Numbered from the stretch's first letter, positions 34,835-49,279 are shown. The stretch: DNA of 64,000 nt from an uncultured Gemmatimonadaceae bacterium (GCA_963829055.1 CAWHHI010000016.1:832001-896000); one strand, 5' to 3'. Numbers and translations are program-made. The notes: generated by a model from the sequence alone, not told the origin.

Positions 34835-34924
34835 GGAAGAGACGATCGTACGACGCCGCAACGTGATACGACGTGACGCAATGTCACGGAATGTGATCCA
34901 GTGTCTTGAAGCTAACGCGCGACC

Positions 34925-35160
34925 ATGGCACTATTCGCCCGGATCGGCGGACGCCGCCGACTCATTCGACGCTCTCACGAGGCACACCTTGGAGACCCAC
35001 GGACCGCTCGGCACCCTGATCGCTGGACTCGGACTCGGCGCGTTCTACGCTGCGCTCACTCTGGGTCAACCTGCTGCTGGGGCACATGCTCACGCCGCTG
35101 TTTCTGATTCCGCTGACGTGGCTTCAGGACATGGTGCTCGGCCGTCGGCGATCGACCTGA
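34925..35160 (+). CDS. Small hypothetical membrane protein (needs indel correction)
   Basis: Joined frames give GTLIAGLGLGAFYAAL / LWVNLLLGHMLTPLFLIPLTWLQDMVLGRRRST*, ending just before the lemA RBS. Confidence 0.4.
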
Positions 35161-35181
35161 CCGACCGACCTGAGGAGACCC

Positions 35182-35781
35182 ATGGGCTTCATTGCGCTGC
35201 TCGTCGTTCTCGCACTGCTCGTCTTCTGGCTGATCGGCGCGTACAACAAGCTGATCGGCCTGAAGAACCAGGTCGCGAACGCGTGGAAGCAGATCGACGT
35301 GCAGCTCAAGCGGCGACACGACCTGATTCCGAACCTCGTGAACACCGTGAAGGGCGCGATGCAGTTCGAGCGCGAGACGCTCGAAGCGGTCGTGTCGGCG
35401 CGGAACAAGGCGATCCAGGTTCAGCAGGCTCCGGGCGACATCGGTGGCGCAGACGGCGGCCGCGGAATCGCAGCTGACGGGCGCGTTGAGCCGGCTGCTC
35501 GCGGTCGTCGAGTCCTATCCGGATCTCAAGGCGACCGGCAACGTCGCGCAGCTGCAGGAAGAGCTGACGTCCACCGAGAACAAGATCGCGTTCGCGCGGC
35601 AGCTCTACAACGACACGGCGACGCAGTACAACACGAAGCAGCAGCAGTTCCCGACGAATCTCGTCGCCGGCATGGCGGGCGCGTCGCCGGCGGAGCTCTG
35701 GGAGATCACCGACCAGGCGGAGCGCGCGGTGCCTAACGTCGATCTGTCGTTCGGAACGCCGCCGCGAGGACGGCGACGTAG
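35182..35781 (+). CDS. lemA: LemA family protein; indel near 35445, end approximate
   Basis: [53 protein letters not shown]. Confidence 0.9.
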
Positions 35782-35884
35782 GGACTGGGGACTGGGGACT
35801 GGGGACTCGGCGGGACAGCGCTCCGCGCATCAGCGTCCGGCTCAGCCGTAGCTCCCAGTCCCCAGTCCCCAGTCCCCAGTCCCC
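35781..35884. repeat. Inverted heptamer arrays (GGGGACT)4 ... (CCCCAGT)4
   Basis: Fills the lemA-htpX gap and abuts the htpX ATG. Confidence 0.9.
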
Positions 35885-36928
35885 ATGTCTGACTTCGAAT
35901 CCACCAATCTCTTCGAGCAGCAGGACGCGAACCGGCGCCGGACGCGCTGGCTCGTCGTCGCGTTCATCGCGTTCTTCGCGCTGGCTCGGGTTCGGCGGCG
36001 ACTGGATTCTCTACGAGCTGACGCGCGGCGCGCCACCTAACGCGTATCGACACGTGTTTCCGTGGTTCGGGCATCGCGCTCACCGCGTTCGCCGGACTGC
36101 TCGCCGCGTACGCCTGGAAGACCGGGCCGAACAAGGTGCTGTGGTCCGCCGGCGCCCGCGAGATCGAGACCGCCGAGCGGCGACATGCCGAGACGCGGCT
36201 CGTGAACGTGGTGGAGGAGATGGCCATCGCGTCTGGCATGCCGCGGCCGCGCATCTGGCTCATCGCCGGACCCCGACCCGAACGCGTTCGCCACGGGACT
36301 CGACGCCGAGCACGCGCACATCGCCGTGACCGATGGGCTGCTGCGCGATGTGTAGCCGCGATGAGCTGCAGGCGGTGATCGCACACGAGATGGGGCACGT
36401 GAAGAATCTCGACGTGCGACTCATGACGTTTCTCGCCGCGCTCGTGGGCGCCGTCGCGCTCATGTCCGACGGCATGGGCCGCATGCTGCGCGGCGGCGCG
36501 CGATTCGGCGCGCTCACGGCGGCGGTCGCTCGCGCGACAAGCGCGACAACCTCGGGCCACTCGTGCTCGTGCTGATCGCGGTGTGGCTGCTCAGCTGGCT
36601 CATCGCGCCGTTCGTGACACGGCTGCTCGCGCTCGGCGTGAGCCGGAAGCGCGAGTTCCTCGCGGACGCGATGAGTGCGCAGTTCACGCGCAACCCGCTC
36701 GCGCTGGCGAGTGCGCTCGAGAAGATCGAGCACGCCGACGCGCCGACGATGTCGATCAAGCGCGGCAGCGCTCACCTGTGCATCGCGGACCCGTTAGGCA
36801 GGAAGGCATCACTCCGCGAAGGCACGCTCGCGGATATCTTCGGCACGCATCCACCCATGGCGATCCGCGTCGCGCGGCTCAAGGCGATGGGCTACCAGGA
36901 GGCCAAAGCCCTTTCGGCGAGCGCCTAG
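35885..36928 (+). CDS. htpX: HtpX-like M48 membrane metalloprotease; split by indels
   Basis: NVVEEMAIASG, PNAFATG, VIAHEMGH, SRKREFLAD, THPP; follows lemA. Confidence 0.85.
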
Positions 36929-36974
36929 CTACAGACTGACGCTGGTTGCTGGGTGTGCGGTGCTGGTGGCTCAG

Positions 36975-38083
36975 CTAGGCGTTTGGGACGATGACGGCCT
37001 TGGTCACGTCCCTTCGCTCGACCGCCGCCAGCGCGTCGCCGGCGTGCGCCAGGTCGTAGCGGCCGCCGATCATCTCGCGCCACGGCACCCGGTCGCCGAA
37101 GCGCGCGGCAATCGCCACCGCGCGGTGAAAGTGCGAGTAGTCGCAGCCCCAGCAGCCGCGGATCTCCACGTGCTTGCGGTTCACCTGCCAGTGCGGATGG
37201 ATCTCGACCGGGCCGTTGTCCGTGTAGTGACCACAGATCACGACGCGTCCGCCGTCGCGCACGAGGTCCAGCGCCTGGCTCACGGCCGCCGGGCTTCCCG
37301 ACGCTTCGATCACGACGTCGACGCCGTGACCGCCCGTTAGGCGCCGCACCGCATCCGTCCGCTCGGCGGGTGGGACGTCGAGACCGAGCGTCGACGTCGC
37401 TCCCATGCGCGTCGCGAAGTCCAGGCGACTCGCCGGGATCGCCGACCGCGATGACCTCGCTGGCTCCCGAGAGCGCGGACAGCGCGATCGCCGACTGCCC
37501 CACCGGACCGGCGCCCAGCACGGCGACCGATTGCCCGAGGCGGATGCCCGCGAGGTCCACGGCGTGGAGCGACGTCACGAGGCCGCAGCCGCCGCCGATG
37601 AACGTCTCGGGATCCAACTGCTTCGGGAGATGAATGATCTTCACGCCGGGCCGCACATAGAGCGCCTGCGACCAGCCGCCCAGCAGTCCGTCGCTTCACG
37701 CCGTACGTGATGCCGTAGACCTTACGGTGCGGACAGCGCGTGGTCTGCTTCGTCACGAGGCAGTGGTAGCACGCGCCGCACGTCTCGTGCACGTCGAGAA
37801 ACGTGACGACGTCGCCTTCGTGGAACGCGTTGCCTTCGACGTCAGCGAGCGGGCCGCGAAGCTCCGCGATCGTCCCGACCGACACGTGCCCGGGAATGAG
37901 CGGGTACGGGACGCCCGACAGCTTGCCGTGATGGAGGTGCACGTCGGTCCCGCAGACCTCGGAGAACAGCACGTGGAGCAGCGCGGCGCCGGCATCGAGC
38001 GACGGCCGCGCGAACTCGACGACGCGGACGGGCTCGTTAGGCGCCGGGATTGTGGCGGCGAGAACGGACGACGAAGCGGCCAT
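36975..38083 (-). CDS. Zinc-binding alcohol dehydrogenase (MDR); split by indels
   Basis: VCGTDVH, CGACYHC..C, GAGPVG. Confidence 0.85.
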
Positions 38084-38251
38084 GATCTGAGTCGACGGTG
38101 AAAAGGGATGGGCGCCGTAAGGGCCGTAAGGAGGCAGACGACCCGCCGGCCGCAAGGGTGCGCCGGGGACTAGCCGGTCGCCGTGCACCACGCATCTTAG
38201 TCGACGTCAACAGAATACTGGTCCCTACCCTCACTGCCCGAGGTCCCGGAG

Positions 38252-38814
38252 ATGCGCCGCACTTCTCGCGTTCTGCCGTTCACGATGTCGCTCCTGGTGA
38301 TGCCGCTGGTCAGCACACCGCTCTCGACCGCCGCCGCGCAGGCGGGAACACCCACGTCCAATGCTGTCGCGGCCGAATCCCGCCGACGTCGGCTCGCTGG
38401 ACGCGATCATCAAGGCGCTCTACGACGTGATCTCGGGCCCCGCCGGTCAACCACGCAAATGGGATCGCATGCGCTCGCTGTTCATACCCGGCGCGCGACT
38501 CATCCCCGTCCTCGCGGACGCGGCGTCCACGTGTCCTCGACGTCGACGACTACATCGCGCAGGCAGGACCGATGCTCGAGAAGAACGGGTTCTTCGAGCG
38601 CGAGATCAGTAACAAGATCGAGACGTTCGGCACATCACGCACACGTTCAGCACGTACGAATCGCGTCGCACGACGGAGGATGCAAAACCATTCGCGCGGG
38701 GCATCAACAGCATCCAGCTCGTTCAACGATGGCACGCGGTGGTGGGTCGTGACGGTCTTCTGGGACAGCGAGCGACCGAACAACCCGATCCCGGCGAAGT
38801 ACCTGCCGAAGTAG
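38252..38814 (+). CDS. Secreted NTF2-like hypothetical protein; split by indels
   Basis: Signal peptide; DVGSLDAIIKALYDVISGPAG..WDRMRSLF; GFFEREI; WWVVTVFWDSE. Confidence 0.65.
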
Positions 38815-38818
38815 GGTC

Positions 38819-38977
38819 GTCATTCCGAGCGGGTTGTCATTCCGAGCGGAGCCGCGAAGCTGTGTCATTCCGAGCGAGCGGAGCGAGTCGAGGAATCGCG
38901 ACTATCCGGTAGAGCCCTCTATCGAACAGCATCGCGATTCCTCGACTGCGGCCTGCGGCCTCCGCTCGGAATGACAC
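38819..38977. repeat. REP-like nested palindrome GTCATTCCGAGCG ... CGCTCGGAATGAC
   Basis: Left end at 38819, 38836 and 38864; right end 38963-38975; inner 16-bp arms 38886-38901 / 38932-38947. Confidence 0.85.
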
Positions 38978-39031
38978 GGTCCGCCGATTTACCGATTCGC
39001 TCACCCTCGCGGCTGGCGTTAGGGTTCGAGC

Positions 39032-40936
39032 ATGAGTGGTCCTCCTGTGGTAATCGTTCAGTCCGGCGGACGACGCGGACGCGGTGGCGGCGAAGCGCGA
39101 ACGAGAAGCCGTCGTTCCGCGAGCGCATGCGACGCGCTTCGCTACGTCCCGCAGCTTCTCGAGCCTCGTCTGGAATACGCATCGCGGCTTCACCATCGCG
39201 ATGGCGGTGCTCCGTCTCATTCGCGCATTCGTTCCGATCGCCACGTTGTGGATCGGAAAGCTGATCATCGACGGCGTCGTGACGCGCGCAGCGCACCGGC
39301 GGGTCGTGGCGCTCCGTCGGCGTCGCTCGTCGCGATCGAGCTCGGCGATCGTCATCGTCGGCGAGTTGCTCGCGCGCGCGTCGAGCCTCGTCGAGAGTCT
39401 GCTCGGTGATCTCTTCAGCAACCGCATCAGCGTGCGTCTCATGGAGCACGCGGCGACGCTCGACCTCGCGCAGTTCGAGGATCCCGAGTTCTACGATCAC
39501 CTCGAGCGCGCACGGCGCCAGACCGTCGGACGCATTGGGCTGATCGCGCAGCTGCTCGGCCTCGCGCAGGACACGCTCACGCTCGTCACCCTGAGCGCCG
39601 CGCTGCTCGCGTTCAGTCCGTGGCTCATGCTGCTGCTCGTCGTCACGATCCTGCCGAGCTTCCTCGGCGAAACGCGGTTCGCGGCGATGGAGTATTCCCT
39701 GCTCTTCCGCTGGACTCCAGAACGACGGCAGCTCGACTACCTGCGCTACGTCGGCGCGAGCGACGACACCGCGAAGGAGGTCCAGCTGTTCGGACTCGCC
39801 GGCTGGCTCACCGAGCGCTATCGCGTGCTGTCCGAGCGATGGTACGCGGAGAACCGCAAGCTCGCGACGCGAAAGGCGATCGTCAGCTCGCTGCTGTCGT
39901 TCATCGGCACGGCCGGGTACTACGCGGCCTACATCGTCATCATCGCGCGAGCGGTCGCCGGCGCGATCACGCTCGGCTCGCTGACGTTTCTCGCCGCGTC
40001 GTTCGGTCGCGGACGCGATCTCATTCAGCGCCTCCTGCTCGGCGCGAGCTCGATCTACGAGCAGGGGCTCTACCTGCGCGACCTGTTCCTGTTCCTCGAG
40101 ATGAAGCCGACGATCAGCTCGCGACCGGGCGCGCCACCGGTGCCGAGGCCGATTCGAACCGGCTTCGTGTTCGAGGACGTCGGATTCAAGTATCCGGGCA
40201 GCGATCGATGGGCCGTGCGCCACGTGAGCTTCACGCTCAGCGCCCGGCGAGCGCATCGCGCTCGTCGGAGAGAACGGCGCCGGCAAGACGACGCTCACCA
40301 AGCTGCTCGCGCGCCTGTACGACCCGACCGAAGGACGCATCCTGCTCGATGGCATCGATCTCCGGGACTACGACCTCGCGTCGCTGCGTCGCGAGATCGG
40401 CGTGATCTTCCAGGACTTCGTGCGCTACGACATGCGGTTCGATGAGAACGTCGGCGTCGGCGAGATCGAATCCGTGCGCGACTATCTCGACGACGGCGCG
40501 ACGCTCCGACTCCGGCGCCGCTCGTCCACGCGGCCGAGGAATCGCTCGCATCGTCGCTCCTGCCGCGTCTTCCCGGCGGGTTATCGACAGATGCTCGGCC
40601 GCCGCTTCGAGGACGGCGTCGATCTCTCGGGCGGCGAGTGGCAGAAGATCGCGCTCGCGCGCGCCTACATGCGCGACGCGCAGGTGCTGATCCTCGACGA
40701 GCCGACGGCAGCGCTCGACGCGCGCGCGGAGTACGAGGTGTTCGAGCGCTTCTCCGAGCTGATGGCCGGGCGGATGGGCGTCCTCATCTCCCATCGCTTT
40801 TCGACGGTGCGCATGGCAGACCGGATCGTCGTGCTCGAAAGCGGGGAGGTCGAGGAAGAGGGAACGCACGAGGAGCTGGTCGCGCCGGTGGGTTGTACGC
40901 GGAGCTGTTTGGAATGCAGGCGGTGGGATACGGTAG
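39032..40936 (+). CDS. ABC exporter, fused permease/ATPase; split by indels
   Basis: TM domain then GENGAGKT, IFQDF, LSGGEWQK, ILDEPT, ISHRFS. Confidence 0.88.
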
Positions 40937-41145
40937 CTGGGACTGGGGACTGGCGACTGCAGCTGGTGGCTGGGTGCTCGTGCTGGTTGCTGGGTGACGC
41001 TGGGTGCGGCTGCGTGCAGCGAGCAGCGCGTGGGTGACCGGCGGTATCGGCAGCAGCGGGCAGCGTGCGGCCGCAGCATGCAGCCGTCGGCAGACGTTCC
41101 CAGCGTGCAGCCCCGACTTCCCAGTCCCCCGTCCCCGCTTCCTTC
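40937..41145. repeat. Degenerate inverted heptamer region
   Basis: ctgggactggggactggcgactg..gctggtggctggg ... cagccccgacttcccagtcccccgtcccc. Confidence 0.55.
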
Positions 41146-41213
41146 CGCTCACCACCTCCGGCGTTTACCGTTGCCGTCGCTCGTAAACGTCCCTCCGATA
41201 TCGCGATCACGAA

Positions 41214-42321
41214 ATGCAGATTGGCGTTCCAAAGGAGACCGCTCCGCGCGAGCGGCGGGTAGCGCTTGCGCCCGACAGCGTCGCGAGGCTCGTGAAGGCT
41301 GGTGCACAGGTCGTCGTGGAGCACGACGCCGGCGTCGCCGCCTCGTTTCCCGACAGCGCGTACGACAGCCGCTGGCGCCACCCTCGCCGCGATCGGCGGC
41401 CGAGACGCTCGCGGACAGCGACGTCGTGACCAAGGTGCAGCGCCCGTCGGCGGACGAGGCGCGCGCGTTCAAGACCGGCGCTGTGCTCGTCAGTCTGTTT
41501 CAGCCCTCCACCGCCGCAGACGTCCTGCCGGTACTCGCCGAGCGGTCAGTGACGGCGTTCAGCCTCGAGCGCGTGCCGCGCATAACGCGGGCACAGTCGA
41601 TGGACGTGCTCTCGTCGCAGAGCACCGTCGCCGGCTACAAGGCCGTGCTGATCGGCGCGTCGATGATGCCGAAGTTTCTTCCGATGCTCACCACCGCGGC
41701 CGGCAACATCGCGCCGGCAAAGGCGTTCATCCTCGGCGCGGGCGTCGCGGGACTTCAGGCGATCGCGACCGCGCGGCGTCTCGGCGCCATCGTGTCCGCG
41801 TTCGACGTTCGACCCGCCGTGCGCGAGCAGGTACAGAGTCTCGGCGCAACGTTCGTCGCGGCGGAAGCCATCGCGAGCGACGCCGAAGACAAGGGTGGTT
41901 ACGCGCGCGAGCAGTCGGCCGAACAGCAGCAACGGACCGCGGCGTTGCTCCACGATCATCTGAAGCAGATGGATCTCGTCGTCACGACGGCGCAGATCCC
42001 CGGTCGGCCTGCGCCACGGCTGATCACGGAGGCGATGGTCGCGGACATGCGGGCCGGGTCCGTGATCGTCGATCTCGCGGCGGAGAGCGGCGGGAACTGC
42101 GCGCTCACGAAACCGGGCGAGACGTGAACGCGAACGGCGTGCTTGTCTACGGAGCCGTCGACGTGCCGAGCACCGTCCCGACGCACGCGAGTCAGATGTT
42201 CGGCCGCAACGTGCTGACGCTGCTGCAGCACCTGATGAAGGACGGCGCGATCACGATCGACGTGAACGACGAGATCGCCGGACCTATGTGCGTCGTGTAT
42301 CAGGGACAGCCACGAACGTGA
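41214..42321 (+). CDS. pntA: NAD(P) transhydrogenase alpha subunit, soluble domain I; split by indels
   Basis: IGVPKE..ERRVAL, PRITRAQSMDVLSSQ, GAGVAGLQA, DLAAESGGNC. Confidence 0.88.
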
Positions 42322-42327
42322 CGCGCG

Positions 42328-43474
42328 CTATGCCGCGTACTGGCGGCCGCGCCACGCGCGCGGCCGCCTAACGGTGGACAGCAACACGCGGAACACGGCA
42401 AGCGGGTCGGCGAATGGCGACAGCCAGAATGCCAGTCCGGGACGCTCGTACGAACCGGCTAGCGCGGCGAGCAACCCGACACGCATCAGCACGAACGCGG
42501 CGTTGATACCGATGAGCATGTCCATCGCGGTAGGCGACCCATGTGATGAGGCCCGCGGCGACTGCTGCCAGGATCGGGATGGGCAGCGCCTGAGCGAACA
42601 CGAGCAGAACAAGGTCGACGGCTTGCCGGACGCGCGACGTGGAATCGCGCAGGTCGATCGAGCGCCCCCACTCGCGCCACATCTGCCCTAACGACTCGTA
42701 CGCGCGGACGACGTACAGACGCGACCCGTCGAGGAAACCCACGCGGGCGCCTGACGCGGCGTAGTGACGAGCCAGCGTCACGTCGTCGCTGAACGAGCGT
42801 CGCGCGGGGGCGTAGCCTCCGCCTTCCGCAAGCAACGACGCGCGCGCGAGGAAGCACTGGCCATTGGCGAGCACGCGATCCGGCCGCGTGCCACGCCCAC
42901 CCGCGGCGCCGGTGCGATAGATGAGCGTCGTCAGCATCGCCGGCTGGACCCACTGCTCGGCGGGTGTCATGCCGGCGAACCGTGGCGCGAACGAGACCAT
43001 GTCGAAGCGGTTCGCGCGCGCGGCCTCGATCACGCCGGCGACGAGCCCCGGCCTCGGCTCCGTATCGGCGTCGATGCCAAGCAGCCACTCTCCGGTCGCG
43101 ACGGCGCGGCCACGCTCCAGCGCCCACACTTTCCCGATCCACCCCTCGGGGAGAGGACGATCGTCAATCAGGCGGAAGCGATCGTCGACCGCGCGCATGG
43201 CTTCGACCTGATCGCGCGTGTCGTCGGTCGACCCGCTGTCGATGACGATGATCTCGGTGAGCGGCGCGCCCTGCTGATGCAATCCCGCGAGGCACGGCCC
43301 GATCCGGCGTCCTTCGTTGAGCGTCGGCACGAGCACGCTGACCGTCGTGTCACTCGGGCCATCACGAATCGGCGAGACAGGGGGCGACCGTTTGCGTCCG
43401 CCCTTCAACCGCGACACCAGGAGCGCCAGGGCGATCGCCTGCAACGCGATGAGGATCGCCAGCGGATTCGTCAC
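42328..43474 (-). CDS. GT2 glycosyltransferase, CruG-like (carotenoid glycosylation candidate); indel near 42540
   Basis: N-terminal TM, VPTLNE, GWIGKVWAL, IDAD, ANGQCF, FSDDVTLAR, WREWGRS. Confidence 0.75.
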
Positions 43475-43565
43475 GCCCTGGTCGACCGCACGGCGCCTGA
43501 TGCCGTACGACGCCGGCCGACACCCATCAGGGATGCCGGCCGGGGCCTAACGACGGAGATCAGCG

Positions 43566-45818
43566 TCAACGCGCTCCGTCGCTCGTCGTCGCTGTCTGTG
43601 GCTTCTCGTCCTTCAGCCAGTACCCGAACCACTGCCGGATGCGCGCCCAGCCGATCGACCAGCAGCCACGGCTCGCCGGTTCGCGACAGGTCGTGCGTCG
43701 ACCGCGGATAGCGTAACGAGCTCCACCGGCACGCCCTGCTTCTTGAGCGCCATGAACCACAGGTCGGCGTTACCCATCGGCGTGCGGAAGTCTTCCTCGC
43801 TCTGCACGATCAGCGTCGGCGTGCGCACCTTCGCGACGTGACGGATCGGCGACAGTGAGTCGTACATCGCGAAGTTGTCCCACGGCTTGCCGTAGAACTC
43901 GAACTCCGTGAGGCCCTGCGCGTCCGACGCGCCGTACCAGTACGTCCACTCGCTGATCATGCGATCGGCTTCGGCCGCCTTGAAGCGATTCGTCTTCGTC
44001 GTGATCCACGCGGTCATGAAGCCGCCGTACGATCCGCCGGTGACGCCCATGCGCGTGGAATCGACGTCGGGCCGCTTGGCCACGATGTCCACCGCCTTCA
44101 TGAGATCCTCGTAGTCCTCGGCGCCCCAGCGACCGCGCGTGGCGTACGTGAAGTCACCGCCGTAGCCGCTCGAGCCGCGCGGGTTCGTGTACAGCACCCA
44201 GACGCCGGCGCCGGCGAGGCTCTGGAATTCGTCGAACCAGCCCTCGTTGTACTGCGAGTGCGGGCCGCCGTGGATGTAGAGCACGAGCGGATACTTCTTC
44301 CCCGCTTCGTAGCCGGCGGGCTTCATCAGCCACCCTTCGATCTCGAGGCCGCCGACCGACGGATACGTGAATCGCTCGGCGGTGCGACCAGGCGATCTCG
44401 CTGATTCAGCTTGTCGTTGAACGACGTGAGCTTCCGCTCGCCGGTACCGTCGGCGTTCGCGATGTAGAGCTCCGTCGGCACATCCACGCTCGTGGAGACG
44501 TAGGCGACCGTGCTTCTTCGCCGCGTCGAACGCGAAGCCGTTGAGCCGACGACGTCCGCCGAGCACTTCCTTCGACCTGCTTCGTGCGCGGGTCGAGCCG
44601 GAACAGTGCCGACCGTCCGCCGACCGACGCCGAGATCGCGATCTCGCCCGTGGGCAGCCACTCGTAGACGTCCGGCTCGTACTGCCACGTGCCTAACAAG
44701 TTCGCCGGCTCACCGCCGGCGACGTCGACCGCGTAGATGCGCGCGCGACGCGACGCGCGTCGGCGCCGCCACGAACGAGATCCGCTTCCCGTCCGGCGAC
44801 CAGCGCGAGGTCACCCTCGTTGCCCGCGAACGTCGTGACGCGACGCGGCTGCCCGCCAGTGACCGGCACGACGAAGATGTCCGCTTCGTTGCGCTGGCGC
44901 CTCGTCGCGCTTGGCGTCGTACGGGAGCCGCGCGAGCGAGTCGCGCTCCGCCTCCGACGACCGAATCCGGACGCAGCGCGGGGTCGGCCATGAACGCGAT
45001 CCACTTGCCGTCCGGCGACACGGTCGCGCCGCGGCGCGAGTACGACGTCGTATCGAGCAGGCGCTTCTTCGACCCGTCGAGCTTCTGCACCCAGATCTGC
45101 GCGGGGCGCCAGACGCGCGCCTCACGCGGCCCCGGGAACAAAGCCCTGCCCGTTCGCCTTGTACCGCATGTCGTAGATGTGGCGACCGTCGAATCGCTTG
45201 GGATCGAGCGGCTGCGTGATGGCGCCGTACGGTGGCCGCGCCATCGGCTGCATGGCCGCATACGGATCGCGCCGACGCGTCGAGTCCGCGCTCGAATCGG
45301 GCGTCACCGACTCGCTCCACACGGCGAAGCTCTTGTCGCGCGGCAGCGAGCCGTTCGGGTAGTCGTTCATCTCCGCCGCTTCGCCGCCCGGCTGGTCCAT
45401 GCGCAGCCCCCACGTGCGCGCCTTCGACCCGGGGCGCGTCGAGTTGAACAGCAGATACTTGCCGTCCGCGCGAGAAGCGCGGGTTCGAGCTCTCCGTGCT
45501 CGGCGACGTGTATCGCGTCGCCTCGCCGCCGGCGGCCGGCACGACCCACACCTCGTTGTGCCGCTTGTTCTCGCTCTCGCGAACCGTCGTGACCGTGAAC
45601 GCGACGAGCTTCCCGTCGGGCGAGACGGCCGGCGCGCTCAGCGTCGTGACCCTGTACCAATCGGCCGGCGTGAACGCGCGACGTCGCCCCGCTGGTCGGC
45701 GGCGTCATGACGGCGGCGGCGCGCGTCTGCGCTGCCAGCTGCGGATGCGAGCGCGACGTACGATGCGAGCAACGTCGCGATTGCGATGGCTAGCGAACGG
45801 AGTCGATGTTTGCTTCAC
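43566..45818 (-). CDS. S9 family peptidase (propeller + alpha/beta hydrolase); several indels
   Basis: [28 protein letters not shown]-terminal SPDG repeats. Confidence 0.85.
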
Positions 45819-45954
45819 GGTTGCTCCACGCTCGAGGTGAGTCGTTGGCGGTGCCCGGAATGTAGGGCGCGTAGCGCTATTGGCGAGTCCCGCCCTGCGC
45901 GCACGTGTGCCACGTCGTTTCCCGCACGTTCGCATCGAGGTCGGGTCCGCTCGC

Positions 45955-46770
45955 ATGCCGTTTCTTCGCTCGATCGCAGCCAAAGCATCGCTTGGGCGAC
46001 GCGCCGAAGACGTTTCCGTTCTCGGTGCCCGTCGTGCGTGCGCTCGAGACGCTCGAGCTTTCCGACGCGCGGTCACGTTCTTCGTCGGCGAGAACGGGTC
46101 CGGCAAGTCGACGTTGCTCGAAGGCAATCGCGGCGGCGGTTGGTCTGCCAACCGTTGGCAGCGACGCGGTGCGCGACGACGCCACGCTCGCGGCTCAGCG
46201 AGCGCTCGCCGCGCAGTCTGCGGCTTGTCGTGGTCGCGTCGCACGCACAAGGGCTTCTTTCTCCGCGCCGAGGACTTCTTCGGCTTCACGAAGTACGTCG
46301 CGCGGCTTCGCGCGGAGCTGCAGGGCCGACTGGCCGAGATCGACGTGGAGTACGCGACGCGTTCGGCGTACGCGCAAGGGCTGGCGAGCGGGACCGTCGG
46401 CCAGCGTCGCTGGCCGAGCTCGAGCAACGGTACGGCGTGGACCTCGACGCGAACTCGCACGGCGAGAGCTTTCTGCGGCTGTTCCGGTCACGGTTCGTGC
46501 CCGGCGGGCTGTACCTGCTGGACGAGCCCGAAGCGCCGCTGTCGCCGCAGAGCCAGCTCGGGCTCATCGCGATGCTGAAGGACATGGTGAGCGAGGACGC
46601 GCAGTTCATCATCGCGACGCATTCGCCGATCCTGCTCGCGTTTCCCGGACGCCACCATCTACACGTTCGACGACCAGCCGCCGCGAACGGTCGAGTACGA
46701 GGAGCTCGAGCACGTGCGCCTGACGCGGGATTTTCTGAACGATCCGGATGCTTTTCTTCGTCACCTGTAA
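45955..46770 (+). CDS. Predicted ABC-type/AAA ATPase (COG3910-like); split by indels
   Basis: [41 protein letters not shown]. Confidence 0.82.
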
Positions 46771-46772
46771 CA

Positions 46773-46959
46773 CATCCGGCGGCGGCATGGCCAGTACCAA
46801 GTGCGTCAGCGACTGCTCAGAGCAGGTGTCAGGCATCAGGCCCGTATCCGCGGCTTGGGTCGCGCGGTGCTGCGGCGGACTGGCGACTGGGCTCGGAGAC
46901 TGATGCCTGAACCTCCTACTAAAACTGAGTGCTGAGTGCTGGCCAGGCCGCCGGAGATG
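46773..46959. repeat. Long imperfect nested inverted repeat
   Basis: catccggcggc..tggccagtac vs gtgctggccaggccgccggagatg; inner tcaggcatcag vs ctgatgcctga; ctgagtg heptamers. Confidence 0.6.
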
Positions 46960-47049
46960 CCAGCAACTCCGGCGTCAAGCCGACGAACGGTCGCTCGGAG
47001 CGCTGAACCGTGCATAGATTGAACGCACCTTCATTCGCGTGAGCACCAC

Positions 47050-47523
47050 ATGGCCGGCTTCTCTGGCGCGCGACTTCTCTCGTTATGGCGCATGCTCAGC
47101 CCGTGGCCCGGCGGCCGTTGGCTGTTCAGCGTCATCGTCGGCCGCACCGCGCCGTACACCGGGACCATCGGCGCGCGAATCATCGAGCTTCGACCCGGGC
47201 TACGCGCGCGCCGAGATGCGCGACCGTCGCATCGTGCGGAATCACCTCAAGTCCGTGCACGCCGTCGCGCTCGTGAACTTCGCGGAAGTGACGAGCGGGC
47301 TCGCGATGCTCACCGGGCTCCCACCGACATTGCGCGCGATCGTCGTCGGACTCTCGATCGACTATCTGAAGAAAGCCCGCGGCACGCTCGTCGCCGAGTC
47401 GACGGTGGATCTCCCGCCGATCACGGAATCGCGCGAGATCCAGATCCACGCGTCCATCCGCGACGCCGCCAGCGACGTCGTGGCGCGCGCGACCGTGCGG
47501 TGGCGCGTGGGCCCGGCGACTCG

Positions 47524-47527
<4 letters not shown>
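47050..47527 (+). CDS. Hotdog-fold thioesterase (PaaI/DUF4442-like); indel near 47195
   Basis: [29 protein letters not shown]. Confidence 0.8.
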
Positions 47528-49191
<1,664 letters not shown>

Positions 49192-49279
49192 GACGCGTGG
49201 GAGTAGGAGTGTCAGCGGCGCAAGCTACTCGTGCCCGGACGACAGTCCAAGTCTCGGCCGTACGCGGCGCGGGGCCGGA

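Noticed and set aside
38100..38200. Possible structured RNA with GNRA-like loops (ccgtaagg x2, ccgcaagg)
   Set aside because: Stems are only 2-3 bp and match no RNA family I can recognise.
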